From positions 6,528,001 through 6,592,000 of the forward strand of contig OZ244561.1 of assembly GCA_965217585.1 (NCBI GenBank): a stretch of 64,000 nucleotides of DNA. Reading direction: 5' to 3'. Positions within the stretch are counted from its first letter, which is position 1; each line of letters opens with the position of its first letter. The notes under the pieces were generated by a model. That model saw only the letters and a list, made by a program, of their open reading frames with translations, was not told where the DNA came from and ran no database searches. This DNA is from Candidatus Latescibacterota bacterium (GTDB lineage Bacteria > Latescibacterota > UBA2968 > UBA8231). Position numbers and translations under genes: made by a program. Below are positions 41,737-50,514 of this stretch, in pieces.

Positions 41737-43056
41737 ATGGGCACTCTAACATCCGCAAACACGCGCGTGGCTCTGCAAAACGTGGGTTGCAAGCTCAATG
41801 CCTACGAGGTAGAAGCCCTCGCCCACCGCCTGAACGAGCACGGCTATGCAATCGTGCCCTTCGGCTCTGAGGCCGACGTGTACGTGGTCAATACCTGCAC
41901 GGTCACCGGCGCGGGCGATGCGGACTCGCGCAAGGCCGTGCGCCGCGCCCGGCGACGCAATCCAAGCGCGGAGATCGTGGCTACCGGCTGCTATGCCCAG
42001 CGGCGGCCAGCAGACCTCGCAGCGGCCGGTGCCGACTTGGTCGTGGGCAACGGCCAAAAGGCCCAACTCGTCGAGCTGCTCGAAGCGCATCTAGCTGGCG
42101 TCGAGCCCCCCGCGCCTTCGACAACGAGGCCGCGCACCGAGCAATTTCTCGCTATTGACGGCGCGGTGCCCCAGGGCCGCACGCGCGGCAGCCTACAAAT
42201 CCAAGACGGCTGCGACGAACACTGCACCTATTGCATCATCCCGGCGGTGCGCGGGCACAGCGCGAGCCGCCCAGCTGCCGAAGTCGTCGCCCAAGCCCAG
42301 CGCATGGTCGCGGCCGGCTACCGCGAGCTCGCCCTGACCGGCGTCCACACGGGCCGCTATGGGTTCGACCACGGCCAGCCCGAGGCCCTCGTCGAGCTGC
42401 TTGAAGCGTTGGAGCAAATCGACGGCTTGGCGCGCATCCGCCTCAACTCCATTGAGCCGGGTTATGTCACCGACGCGCTGATCGACCAAGCCGCGGCTTC
42501 CCCAGCCGTCTGCCGCCACTTCCACGTGCCTTTGCAAAGCGGCGATGACCACATTCTCAAGCGGATGGGGCGGCGCTACACCCGCGCCTATTACGCCGAG
42601 CGGATCGCGCGAATCGCCAGCCGCATCCCCGATTGCGCCATTGGTGCCGACGTCATGGTCGGCTTCCCCGGGGAAACCGACGCGCATTTTGCCCAGACCC
42701 GCGCCTTGTTGGCCGACCTGCCGCTGACGTACCTCCACGTCTTTTCGTACTCCCTGCGCGAAGGCACCCCGGCCGAGCGGCTGCCCGAGCACCAAGATGC
42801 CGCCGTCAAAAAGGAGCGCGCCCAAGCGCTCATCGCCCTCGGCGCGGCCAAGCGACTCGCCTTCCACCAGCGCTTTGTCGGTCGGTCGCTCCAAGTCCTC
42901 GCCGAAGGGCGTTCAGACCCAGCCACCGGCTTGCAGGTCGGCTTGAGCGACAACTACGTCAAGGTCCTCTTCGCCGGCCCGGCCGCACCCAACGAGTTCG
43001 TGGCCGTGCGGATCGAGCAAGCCCGCGAAGAGCTAACTTTTGGAGCGCGCCAATGA
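41737..43056 (+). CDS. mtaB: tRNA t6A37 methylthiotransferase
   Basis: GCKLNAYE, NTCTVT, TGCYAQ, IQDGCDEHCTYCIIP, HVFSYS. Confidence 0.93.
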   Translation: MGTLTSANTRVALQNVGCKLNAYEVEALAHRLNEHGYAIVPFGSEADVYVVNTCTVTGAGDADSRKAVRRARRRNPSAEIVATGCYAQRRPADLAAAGADLVVGNGQKAQLVELLEAHLAGVEPPAPSTTRPRTEQFLAIDGAVPQGRTRGSLQIQDGCDEHCTYCIIPAVRGHSASRPAAEVVAQAQRMVAAGYRELALTGVHTGRYGFDHGQPEALVELLEALEQIDGLARIRLNSIEPGYVTDALIDQAAASPAVCRHFHVPLQSGDDHILKRMGRRYTRAYYAERIARIASRIPDCAIGADVMVGFPGETDAHFAQTRALLADLPLTYLHVFSYSLREGTPAERLPEHQDAAVKKERAQALIALGAAKRLAFHQRFVGRSLQVLAEGRSDPATGLQVGLSDNYVKVLFAGPAAPNEFVAVRIEQAREELTFGARQ

Positions 43057-44465
43057 ACTTGCCCATCCTCGAAACGCCTCACTCGCGCCCGCAGGGCGGG
43101 CCAACGACCGAATATCAGCCCGTGGCAACGCGCCCCGGTCCGGCGGGCCGACGCGTGTACATCGAGACCTATGGTTGCCAGATGAACGTGGCCGACAGCG
43201 AGCTGGTGGCCAGCATCCTCGCCGACGCGGGGTTTCAGATTACGGAACGCGCCGAACGCGCCGACATCATCCTGCTCAACACCTGCGCGGTGCGCGAGCA
43301 CGCCGAGGAGCGGGTCATTGGCCGCGTCAGCCAGCTCAACGGCCTCCGCGCCCACCGCCCCAACCTCACTTTGGGCATCCTCGGCTGTATGGCCCAGCAC
43401 CTGAGCAAGACCCTGCCGGCCCGCGCCCCTTTCGTCGATTTGGTCATGGGACCGGATTCCTACCGCCGCCTGCCCCAACTCCTCGCCCAATCTAGCGACG
43501 ACGCGCTATTAGACGTGCGCCTCGACCGCTCTGAGAACTACAGCGGCGTCCACCCCCAGCGCACAACCAGCACCAACGCTTGGGTGACCATCATCCGCGG
43601 TTGCGACAAATTCTGCACCTTCTGCATCGTGCCCTTTGTGCGCGGCCGGGAGCGCAGCGTGCCCGCCGACGAGATAGTGCGCCAAGTTCAACACATTGCT
43701 GCCGAGGGATTTAAGGAAGTCACCTTACTTGGCCAGACCGTTAATTCCTACCGCGCCGGCAGCGTGGATTTCGCGGATTTATTGCGGCAAGTCAGCCAAG
43801 TTGAAGGCATTGAGCGGGTGCGCTTCACTTCGCCCTATCCGGTTGATTTTACCGACCGCGTGATCGACGCCATGGCCGAAGTCGGCCCGGTATGCCCGAG
43901 CCTACACCTGCCGGTCCAGAGCGGCTCGGACGAACAGCTCGCCCGCATGCGTCGCGGGTACACCGTCGATCAATACCGACAGCTCGTGCAGAAGCTGCGC
44001 GCCGCCCTGCCCGACCTCGCCCTAACCACCGACATCATCACCGGCTTTTGCGGCGAGACCGATGCGGACTTCCGCCAGACCTGCGATCTAATGGGAGAGA
44101 TCCGCTACGACTCGGCTTTCATGTTCAAGTACTCCGAGCGCGAGGGCACGTACGCCCACAAGAAGCTGCCCGACGACGTTCCCGAAGCCGTCAAGGGCGA
44201 GCGCCTCCAGCACATCATCGCCCTGCAAGAGGGGATCTCGCGCCAGATCAACCAGCGGCAAGTCGGCCGCACGGTCGAGGTCCTCGTCGAAGGCCCATCC
44301 AAGCGGCCGGCTGCCGATGGCCAGCCCCGCTACTACGGCCGCACCCCGCAGGGCAAGACGGCGATTTTCTCGCAAGCAGCAGCGCGCAACGCGCTCGTAT
44401 CCATCCGCATTTCCCGCGCCACCTCGCATACCCTCTTTGGCGACCGCCTCGACGACGCTGCATAA
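43053..44465 (+). CDS. miaB: tRNA i6A37 methylthiotransferase
   Basis: ETYGCQMNVADSE, NTCAVRE, GCDKFCTFCIVP, LLGQTVNSY, FKYSEREGT, TRAM domain; ATGA overlap with mtaB. Confidence 0.96.
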   Translation: MNLPILETPHSRPQGGPTTEYQPVATRPGPAGRRVYIETYGCQMNVADSELVASILADAGFQITERAERADIILLNTCAVREHAEERVIGRVSQLNGLRAHRPNLTLGILGCMAQHLSKTLPARAPFVDLVMGPDSYRRLPQLLAQSSDDALLDVRLDRSENYSGVHPQRTTSTNAWVTIIRGCDKFCTFCIVPFVRGRERSVPADEIVRQVQHIAAEGFKEVTLLGQTVNSYRAGSVDFADLLRQVSQVEGIERVRFTSPYPVDFTDRVIDAMAEVGPVCPSLHLPVQSGSDEQLARMRRGYTVDQYRQLVQKLRAALPDLALTTDIITGFCGETDADFRQTCDLMGEIRYDSAFMFKYSEREGTYAHKKLPDDVPEAVKGERLQHIIALQEGISRQINQRQVGRTVEVLVEGPSKRPAADGQPRYYGRTPQGKTAIFSQAAARNALVSIRISRATSHTLFGDRLDDAA

Positions 44466-44941
44466 CATAAACCCGCTAGTAACCTGTTAGACAAAGAGTT
44501 ACGGGTTTCGTCCTAGGTCGAATAGCTCCGCCAACCTGCCGGCTTCTGCCGCTCGTTTTTTGCGCCAAAACGTTTTGCCGTCCTGCGGCAACGTATTGTT
44601 TTATATCGTTTTATAAGGTTTCTCATTATCTGGCCAGTGGTAGAGAGAGACGATACTGGGCATCAGAAACCCTAACTCCAACTCACCCTTGGAGAGTTCG
44701 GGCTGGTTTTCGGTCGGGTGGTGGCGCGTGTGGTATCTGGAGCGATGCTATCGACAATGCTTCCTCTGTGGTGCGCATTTATCGGGGGGAGATCAGCGCT
44801 CGCCGAAAAGTCGAAGCGACTGCGTCCTCTGCGACCGCGTCGACTTTTCACATCGCTATCCAGATTCGGCTTGAACCCACTTGACCGCTTGACATTTTAC
44901 TTTTAATTGCACACATTATATGTTCACTTTGAGGGGGAATT

Positions 44942-45187
44942 ATGAAAGCATCTATTCTCGATTTAAGACGACGCATGAAAGATGTTTTGCTCGCGCTCGA
45001 CCGCAACGAATCGGTCACCATTTTTTATCGCGGCAAAGAAAAAGCCATCCTGTCTCCCAGCCAACAGCGAACAAACAAATCTGTAAAAGACCATGAGGCT
45101 TTTGGGATGTGGCGAGACAGAAAAGATATGACCGATGTCGATGCTTACGTCCGCAATGTGAGAAAAGGCCGCTTGAATGATTTTTGA
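44942..45187 (+). CDS. Type II antitoxin (Phd/YefM-like, VapB role)
   Basis: MKASILDLRRRMKDVLLALDRNESVTIFYRGKEKAIL has a Phd-like N-terminus; overlaps the PIN gene; low GC. Confidence 0.82.
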   Translation: MKASILDLRRRMKDVLLALDRNESVTIFYRGKEKAILSPSQQRTNKSVKDHEAFGMWRDRKDMTDVDAYVRNVRKGRLNDF

Positions 45188-45554
45188 TACCGATATTGTA
45201 ATATGGGTTTTCAGAGGCCACGAAGGGGCTGCAAACCTCGTTGACAGTATCGCTGATCGTCAGATATCAATTGTTACGTATATGGAATTTATCCAGGGTG
45301 CGAGAAATCGGCAGGAGTTAAAAAAGATCAAGAATTTTCTCACGGATCACGCCTTTCAGACCGTACCTCTCGCTGAAAATATCGGCCACCGAGCGACTGT
45401 ATATATGGAAGAATATACCCTCAAGACAGCACTGTATCTGGCCGATGCCTTGATTGCCGCAACAGCTATTGAACATCATTTAACACTTTGTACAGCCAAT
45501 AGAAAACACTACCGCGAAATCAACGAACTCAATCTAAAAATCTTTCGGCCCTGA
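45177..45554 (+). CDS. vapC: VapC-family PIN-domain toxin
   Basis: IFDTD, TYMEF, ADALIAATA, CTANRKHY. Confidence 0.92.
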   Translation: MIFDTDIVIWVFRGHEGAANLVDSIADRQISIVTYMEFIQGARNRQELKKIKNFLTDHAFQTVPLAENIGHRATVYMEEYTLKTALYLADALIAATAIEHHLTLCTANRKHYREINELNLKIFRP

Positions 45555-45565
45555 CCCTAGGTATT

Positions 45566-48505
45566 ATGAGGACTCTCTTTGTAGTAAGCATCCTTCTCTT
45601 TGCTGTGCTCGCTGCCCTTTGCTCCACTGCCTACGCCGACCCGCAAGCCACCCGCGACGACATTGAAATCCGCCGCATCCTCGGCGTCTCCCAAGGCACC
45701 ATCCGCATCGCCAAGGATCCACGCGATGACGCGCTCTATATCTTGCGGCAGGACGGCGCAATCGAACGCATCGACCGAGCGGCGGCCGAGCGCGTCCCAG
45801 CGTATTCCAACAGCGACCACGGCATCAGCAGCGGCTTCACGGGCTTTGCCATCGGGCCGGATGGCTCGTTCTACTTGGCGTCCAATCGCCACGGCCCTCG
45901 TGATAGCGGCCAATTTGCCCTTGCCCGCGGCATTTTGCTCGACGCCGACACCGGCGAGCGGCAGTGGGAACAGCTCGACCCGGACAACTTGCCCGCTGAC
46001 GTTCCCATCGACCACATCCTCGCCGCCTCCATCTTTGGCCGTGACCCCACGACCGACAACCGCTACGTCCTCAAAACCAATGGCGACATCACCCTTGTCC
46101 CTTCGAGCACAGTGTACACGGCCGCTGACCACGGCTTCAGCCGCCCGAGCGCCCTATTTATCGACGACGCCGGCACCTTTTACCTCCTCAAACGCATTGA
46201 CCTGTCCATCTACAACATCGCCACCATCACTAAAGGCGAAGTCGATTCGAGCAGTGGCGAGCGCACTTGGTTCACCCTCGCGGAAACTGCACCCTATGAG
46301 CGGTGCGACTGCATTTACAACCACGAAGTCAACGCGCTAGTCGTCAGCCCCGACAATCGCTCGCTTTTTATCAACAGCGGCTCGCGCACCGATCACGGCG
46401 AGATCCAAGATGGCGATGGGCACTTCCCCGGGCTGCGCGAGACCGCGCTCACCGCCGTCATTTTGCGCGTCCCGACCGATGCCCGCGACCTCGTGTTGCC
46501 CAATAGCCGCTATAGTCTCCTCGACCAAGGCTTCCTTTTTGCCGAGGGGCTGCGCAACGCCTATGACTTCGCCTTCGCGCCCAACGGCGACCTCTTCACC
46601 ACGGAAAACGGACCGGGCCGCGACATGCCCGAGGAACTCAACTGGCTGCGCCAAGGGCGGCACTACGGCTTTCCCTGGCGCATGGGACTCGACGACACCC
46701 CCCAGCAATTTCCCGATTACGACCCGGCCACCGATTTCCTCCTCTCTCCCCGCTCCACCGCCGTGCGCGAAGGCTACTACCACAACGATCCCACGTACCC
46801 ACCACCGCCGCGCGATTTCACCGATCCCGTGATCAATCTCGGTCCAGACGCCGACGCCTACCGCGACCCAGCCGACGGCCGCATCAAGGACGCCAGCGAA
46901 GAGGGTGTGCGCTTCGGCACCTTCACCGCGCACCGCTCGCCGCTCGGACTGGTATTTGACGTGGACCATGCCCTCGCCGAGCCGTTCCGCGGCGACGGCT
47001 TCACGCTCAGTTGGACTCGGGGCGACCCGGACGGCGACAGCGTCAACGGACCGTTCAACGACCCCAGCCAAGACCTGCTGCATCTCGATTTGGCGAAAGT
47101 CGGCGACAACTACGAAGCACATGTCACCCGCATCGTCGGCGGGTTTGCCAACCCCATCGACGCGGAAATCATCGGCCATCGCATCTATGTTATCGAATGG
47201 AGCGGCGAGCGCGGACTGTGGGAAATCGTCCTGCCACCGGAGGAGTTCCCACCCACGAGCTTGGCCGACGCGCAGGTTTTCAGCGACCTAGGCGCACAAA
47301 CGCCCGCGGCTGGCGTGGTGCCGTACGAAGTCAATGCGCCGTTTTGGTCGGACGGAGCCACAAAAACCCGGTTCATTCGCCCCCCACCCGGTGAGCGCAT
47401 TGCCTTTGCCAGCAGTGGGCCTTGGGGCTTTCCCGACCAGACCCTCCTGATTAAGAACTTTTACCTCGACTTGGTGCGCGGCGATCCGGCCAGCCGGCGC
47501 ATCATCGAAACGCGCTTCCTCATCAAGCGCGTGGATGCCCCGGGCTGGGACGGCTATAGCTATCTGTGGAACGAGGCCGGCACCGACGCTGCCTTGCTCG
47601 CCGACAGCACGACGGTTACATACGTGATTGACGACCCCCAAGATTCGGTAGGCTTTCTCTTGCAGGAGTACTACTTTCCCTCGCGCCAAGACTGCGCGGT
47701 CTGCCACACCAAGGGCGCGGGTTATGTCCTCGGCGTACACACGGCCCAGCTTCACACGGGCGCGACGCAAAACCAGTTGCACACCCTCGCCCAACAGGGC
47801 CTTTTCGCCGAGGAGTTGCCAGCCGACCTGTCTTCCTTACCCCGCCTGCCCAATCCCTTCAACCCCAGCGTTCCGCTCGACCAGCGCGCCCGCTCGTACC
47901 TGCACGTCAACTGTGCACCGTGCCACCGGCCCGAGAGCGTCGGCCGCACCATCATCGACCTGCGCTACGACACGCCCTTGGCCCAAACCAATACTATCGA
48001 CGCCTTCCCCACCCTCGGCGATTTGGGCGAGCTAGAGGCCCTCATCCTCACCCCCGGGGCACCCCAGCATTCCACGCTCTACCTGAGGATGCTGACGCTG
48101 GGCACCTTTCGCATGCCCCCGCTTGCTTCGTCAATCATCGACGAGCGCGGTGCCGACCTCATCGCCGAGTGGATCGCCAGCATGGGTACACCGACGGCGG
48201 TAGCCGCTCTTGCAGAGGCCACACCGGCCACCTTTGCCCTCGATCAGAACTACCCCAACCCCTTCAATGCAACCACGACCATCGAATTCCAGCTAGCGGC
48301 CCCGGCCGCCGTCGAATTGGATATCTACGACGCGATCGGTCAAAAGGTCCGCATCTTGGTCGCACGGCATCTCGCCGCCGGCCGCTACCGCACCCAGTGG
48401 GCCGGACGCGACGCCGCCGGCCACACGGTCGCCAGCGGCACCTACTTCTATAGGTTGCGAGCCGGGGCCTACCTAGACACCAAGCAACTGACCCTGCTCA
48501 AATAA
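45566..48505 (+). CDS. Secreted multidomain protein: glucose/sorbosone-dehydrogenase-like beta-propeller + diheme cytochrome c + T9SS/FlgD-like C-terminal domain
   Basis: Signal peptide; FAEGLRNAYD, TENG, EELN, YGFPW (GSDH-like); PYEVNAPFWSDGATKTR, CAVCH, CAPCH, RMPP (diheme module); QNYPNPFN...SGTYFYRL...KQLTLLK. Confidence 0.85.
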   Translation: MRTLFVVSILLFAVLAALCSTAYADPQATRDDIEIRRILGVSQGTIRIAKDPRDDALYILRQDGAIERIDRAAAERVPAYSNSDHGISSGFTGFAIGPDGSFYLASNRHGPRDSGQFALARGILLDADTGERQWEQLDPDNLPADVPIDHILAASIFGRDPTTDNRYVLKTNGDITLVPSSTVYTAADHGFSRPSALFIDDAGTFYLLKRIDLSIYNIATITKGEVDSSSGERTWFTLAETAPYERCDCIYNHEVNALVVSPDNRSLFINSGSRTDHGEIQDGDGHFPGLRETALTAVILRVPTDARDLVLPNSRYSLLDQGFLFAEGLRNAYDFAFAPNGDLFTTENGPGRDMPEELNWLRQGRHYGFPWRMGLDDTPQQFPDYDPATDFLLSPRSTAVREGYYHNDPTYPPPPRDFTDPVINLGPDADAYRDPADGRIKDASEEGVRFGTFTAHRSPLGLVFDVDHALAEPFRGDGFTLSWTRGDPDGDSVNGPFNDPSQDLLHLDLAKVGDNYEAHVTRIVGGFANPIDAEIIGHRIYVIEWSGERGLWEIVLPPEEFPPTSLADAQVFSDLGAQTPAAGVVPYEVNAPFWSDGATKTRFIRPPPGERIAFASSGPWGFPDQTLLIKNFYLDLVRGDPASRRIIETRFLIKRVDAPGWDGYSYLWNEAGTDAALLADSTTVTYVIDDPQDSVGFLLQEYYFPSRQDCAVCHTKGAGYVLGVHTAQLHTGATQNQLHTLAQQGLFAEELPADLSSLPRLPNPFNPSVPLDQRARSYLHVNCAPCHRPESVGRTIIDLRYDTPLAQTNTIDAFPTLGDLGELEALILTPGAPQHSTLYLRMLTLGTFRMPPLASSIIDERGADLIAEWIASMGTPTAVAALAEATPATFALDQNYPNPFNATTTIEFQLAAPAAVELDIYDAIGQKVRILVARHLAAGRYRTQWAGRDAAGHTVASGTYFYRLRAGAYLDTKQLTLLK

Positions 48506-48537
48506 AAATTTACTGGGATGCCGCTGTTTTCTCTGCA

Positions 48538-50283
48538 TCAGCGATTGGCGAGCGCGTACTTGGCGAGCGCGTCGCCGTTGATGCCCCATGCACTGCGCCA
48601 CTTGCGCCGCAACTGGAGGTTGAGGTCGCGCAATTCGCGCTGCTGCTTTTCTTGGCGGGCCAAGTAGTGGGCCTTCTGTTGGCTCAAGTCGTATTCTTGC
48701 ACTCGCTCGGGCCGGCGCTGCAAGACCTTGAAGATCGAAAAGGCCCTTTCCAAGGAACGGGGCTCGCGCAGAGAAGACGGCAAGGGGTTGACCAGTTCAA
48801 TCGGGCCTTGCAATTCCCTTTCGGGCGCGGCTATGGCCGCGTCCATCAGCTCCTTGTAAACGATCTTTTCAAATGCGCGCAGCGCGTAGAGGCCGCCGTT
48901 TTCGTCCGCGTCGCGCCGGATGCTGTGCTTGGTCGCCAGTGCGCCCATGTCGGCCCCGTTGCGAATTTGCTCCAGCAGTTCTCGGGCGAGCGACTCGTCG
49001 GCGACCATGATTTCTTGGACGACGATTTCCTCCGGTGCCCAGTACATCTCTGGATGCGCCTCGTAGTGGGTGCGCGCTTCCTCTTCGCTCACTGCTAGGG
49101 TGCCTTCGAGCAGCTCTTCCCACAGCCCTTGGAGCAGCCGCCGCTCCTTTTCGGCTTGCACCTTCTCCTGCACTTCGGGCCGCTCGGCGTAGCCGCCACG
49201 CTCGGCTGCCAAGCCTAAGAGTAGGTCCGGTGCCCCACGGCGGCGGATTCGGTCGTCGAGCAAGGCGCTGTCGATTTGGGCGCGGCCCAACCGCGTATTG
49301 TGCAGCAAATAGCTGCCCTGCTGCATGGTGATGACGCCGCTATCGTATTCGTAGAGCGGGGCGGCCCACTCCTCGGGCGTTAGCTGCGGCGCGCCAGGCT
49401 GTTCGTTCCAAGCCGCGACAAAGCGCCGCACGTGCTCCCCCACCGGGTGCAAGCCGCTCTCGGCAACTAGCTCGGCGATGTGGTCGCTGCGCAAGTCCCC
49501 GATTTTTTCGAAGAAGGTCGCCCGCTGGATCACCGAGCGATACTTCTCAAAAGATACCAATTTCTTATCGACGACCTTGGCGATCTCCCAGCCTTGCGGC
49601 GTGCGGAAGGGCGGGCTGACCTCGCCTTTATCCAACGAGAACACGCGCTCGTACACTCGGTCTGAGACCCGGTCGAAAGCATAGTATGAGGCAAACCAGC
49701 CCCTATCGGCCGCGGTCGCCGCGTCCAGCGAATGCTGGCGCGCCATGTCCTCAAAGGTGGCCCGACCGGCCTCGATCTCCGCGTAGATGGAATCGGCGCG
49801 GGCGCGGCTGTCGAGCAGGATGTGTGCGCCGCGCACGGCGTGGCGAGCCGGATGTGCATCAAAGGTGGCCCGCAGCTCGTCTGCGGAAATCTCGATTTGC
49901 AGACCGATCTGCTCGCGTATATAGGCTTCGACCATGGCCTTGTGCCGGGCTAGGTCCACAGACTTGGTCCATTCGGGATTTTTGTCCAGCCCCCGCGCAT
50001 ACGCTTCGCGCACCATGAGCTTGATGTCGATCAAACTCAGCAGATGCTCGCGGTGCTTTTCCACGCCTTGCGCTAGCGAGCGGTGCTGAGGCTGGATCCG
50101 GGCTTCGTAGCGGCGGAATTCGCGCTCGTCGATTGGGTCGTCGCCGACTTGCGCCAAGGTGGTGCCCGGCACCGTTAAGCCGCCCCTCTCTGCGGCTGGG
50201 GTCGGGTCCGCCGGCTCTTGGGCGCAACAAAAAAGGAACGCGCAGGCCATAAGCCCCGCCCATTTTCTCGCGTTATTGGTCAT
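48538..50283 (-). CDS. Peptidyl-prolyl isomerase (PrsA/SurA-like, two parvulin domains), likely a lipoprotein
   Basis: Lipobox-like Cys; AHILL...FEDMARQHSLD...VSPPFRTPQGW; second copy QEIMV...GADMGALATKHS...NGG. Confidence 0.85.
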   Translation of the reverse strand: MTNNARKWAGLMACAFLFCCAQEPADPTPAAERGGLTVPGTTLAQVGDDPIDEREFRRYEARIQPQHRSLAQGVEKHREHLLSLIDIKLMVREAYARGLDKNPEWTKSVDLARHKAMVEAYIREQIGLQIEISADELRATFDAHPARHAVRGAHILLDSRARADSIYAEIEAGRATFEDMARQHSLDAATAADRGWFASYYAFDRVSDRVYERVFSLDKGEVSPPFRTPQGWEIAKVVDKKLVSFEKYRSVIQRATFFEKIGDLRSDHIAELVAESGLHPVGEHVRRFVAAWNEQPGAPQLTPEEWAAPLYEYDSGVITMQQGSYLLHNTRLGRAQIDSALLDDRIRRRGAPDLLLGLAAERGGYAERPEVQEKVQAEKERRLLQGLWEELLEGTLAVSEEEARTHYEAHPEMYWAPEEIVVQEIMVADESLARELLEQIRNGADMGALATKHSIRRDADENGGLYALRAFEKIVYKELMDAAIAAPERELQGPIELVNPLPSSLREPRSLERAFSIFKVLQRRPERVQEYDLSQQKAHYLARQEKQQRELRDLNLQLRRKWRSAWGINGDALAKYALANR

Positions 50284-50298
50284 CTTTTTGCTTTCTAA

Positions 50299-50514
50299 TC
50301 AAGGCGTCGTGGATCGCTGCGCAGCCGCTCGCGGTAGCGCTGGATATCCCCCCTCGACCTGCTTGATCTTTTCGTAAGCAGCGAGGGATTTTTCTCCGGC
50401 CGCGCCACTGCGGTGGACGAAATCGACCCCAGCGGATTGCGCGATATCGACAAAGCGCGATTCCGCCGCGGCACTGCAACACAGCAGCAGGACCATGCCG
50501 TAGTGCGCCTTCAC
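50299..50514 (-). pseudogene. Remnant: N-terminus of a second CRTAC1/FG-GAP gene joined to unrelated sequence
   Basis: Signal peptide + RFVDIAQSAGVDFVHRSG parallels LFVDVATEAGVQLRTVSG of the upstream gene, then similarity stops; GTGA overlap with the upstream stop. Confidence 0.55.

Noticed and set aside
41737-44465. Tandem methylthiotransferases as a novel radical SAM cluster
   Set aside because: Both match the known MtaB and MiaB housekeeping enzymes.
44689-44906. Short ORFs upstream of the TA module
   Set aside because: No RBS, motif or compositional support; left unannotated.
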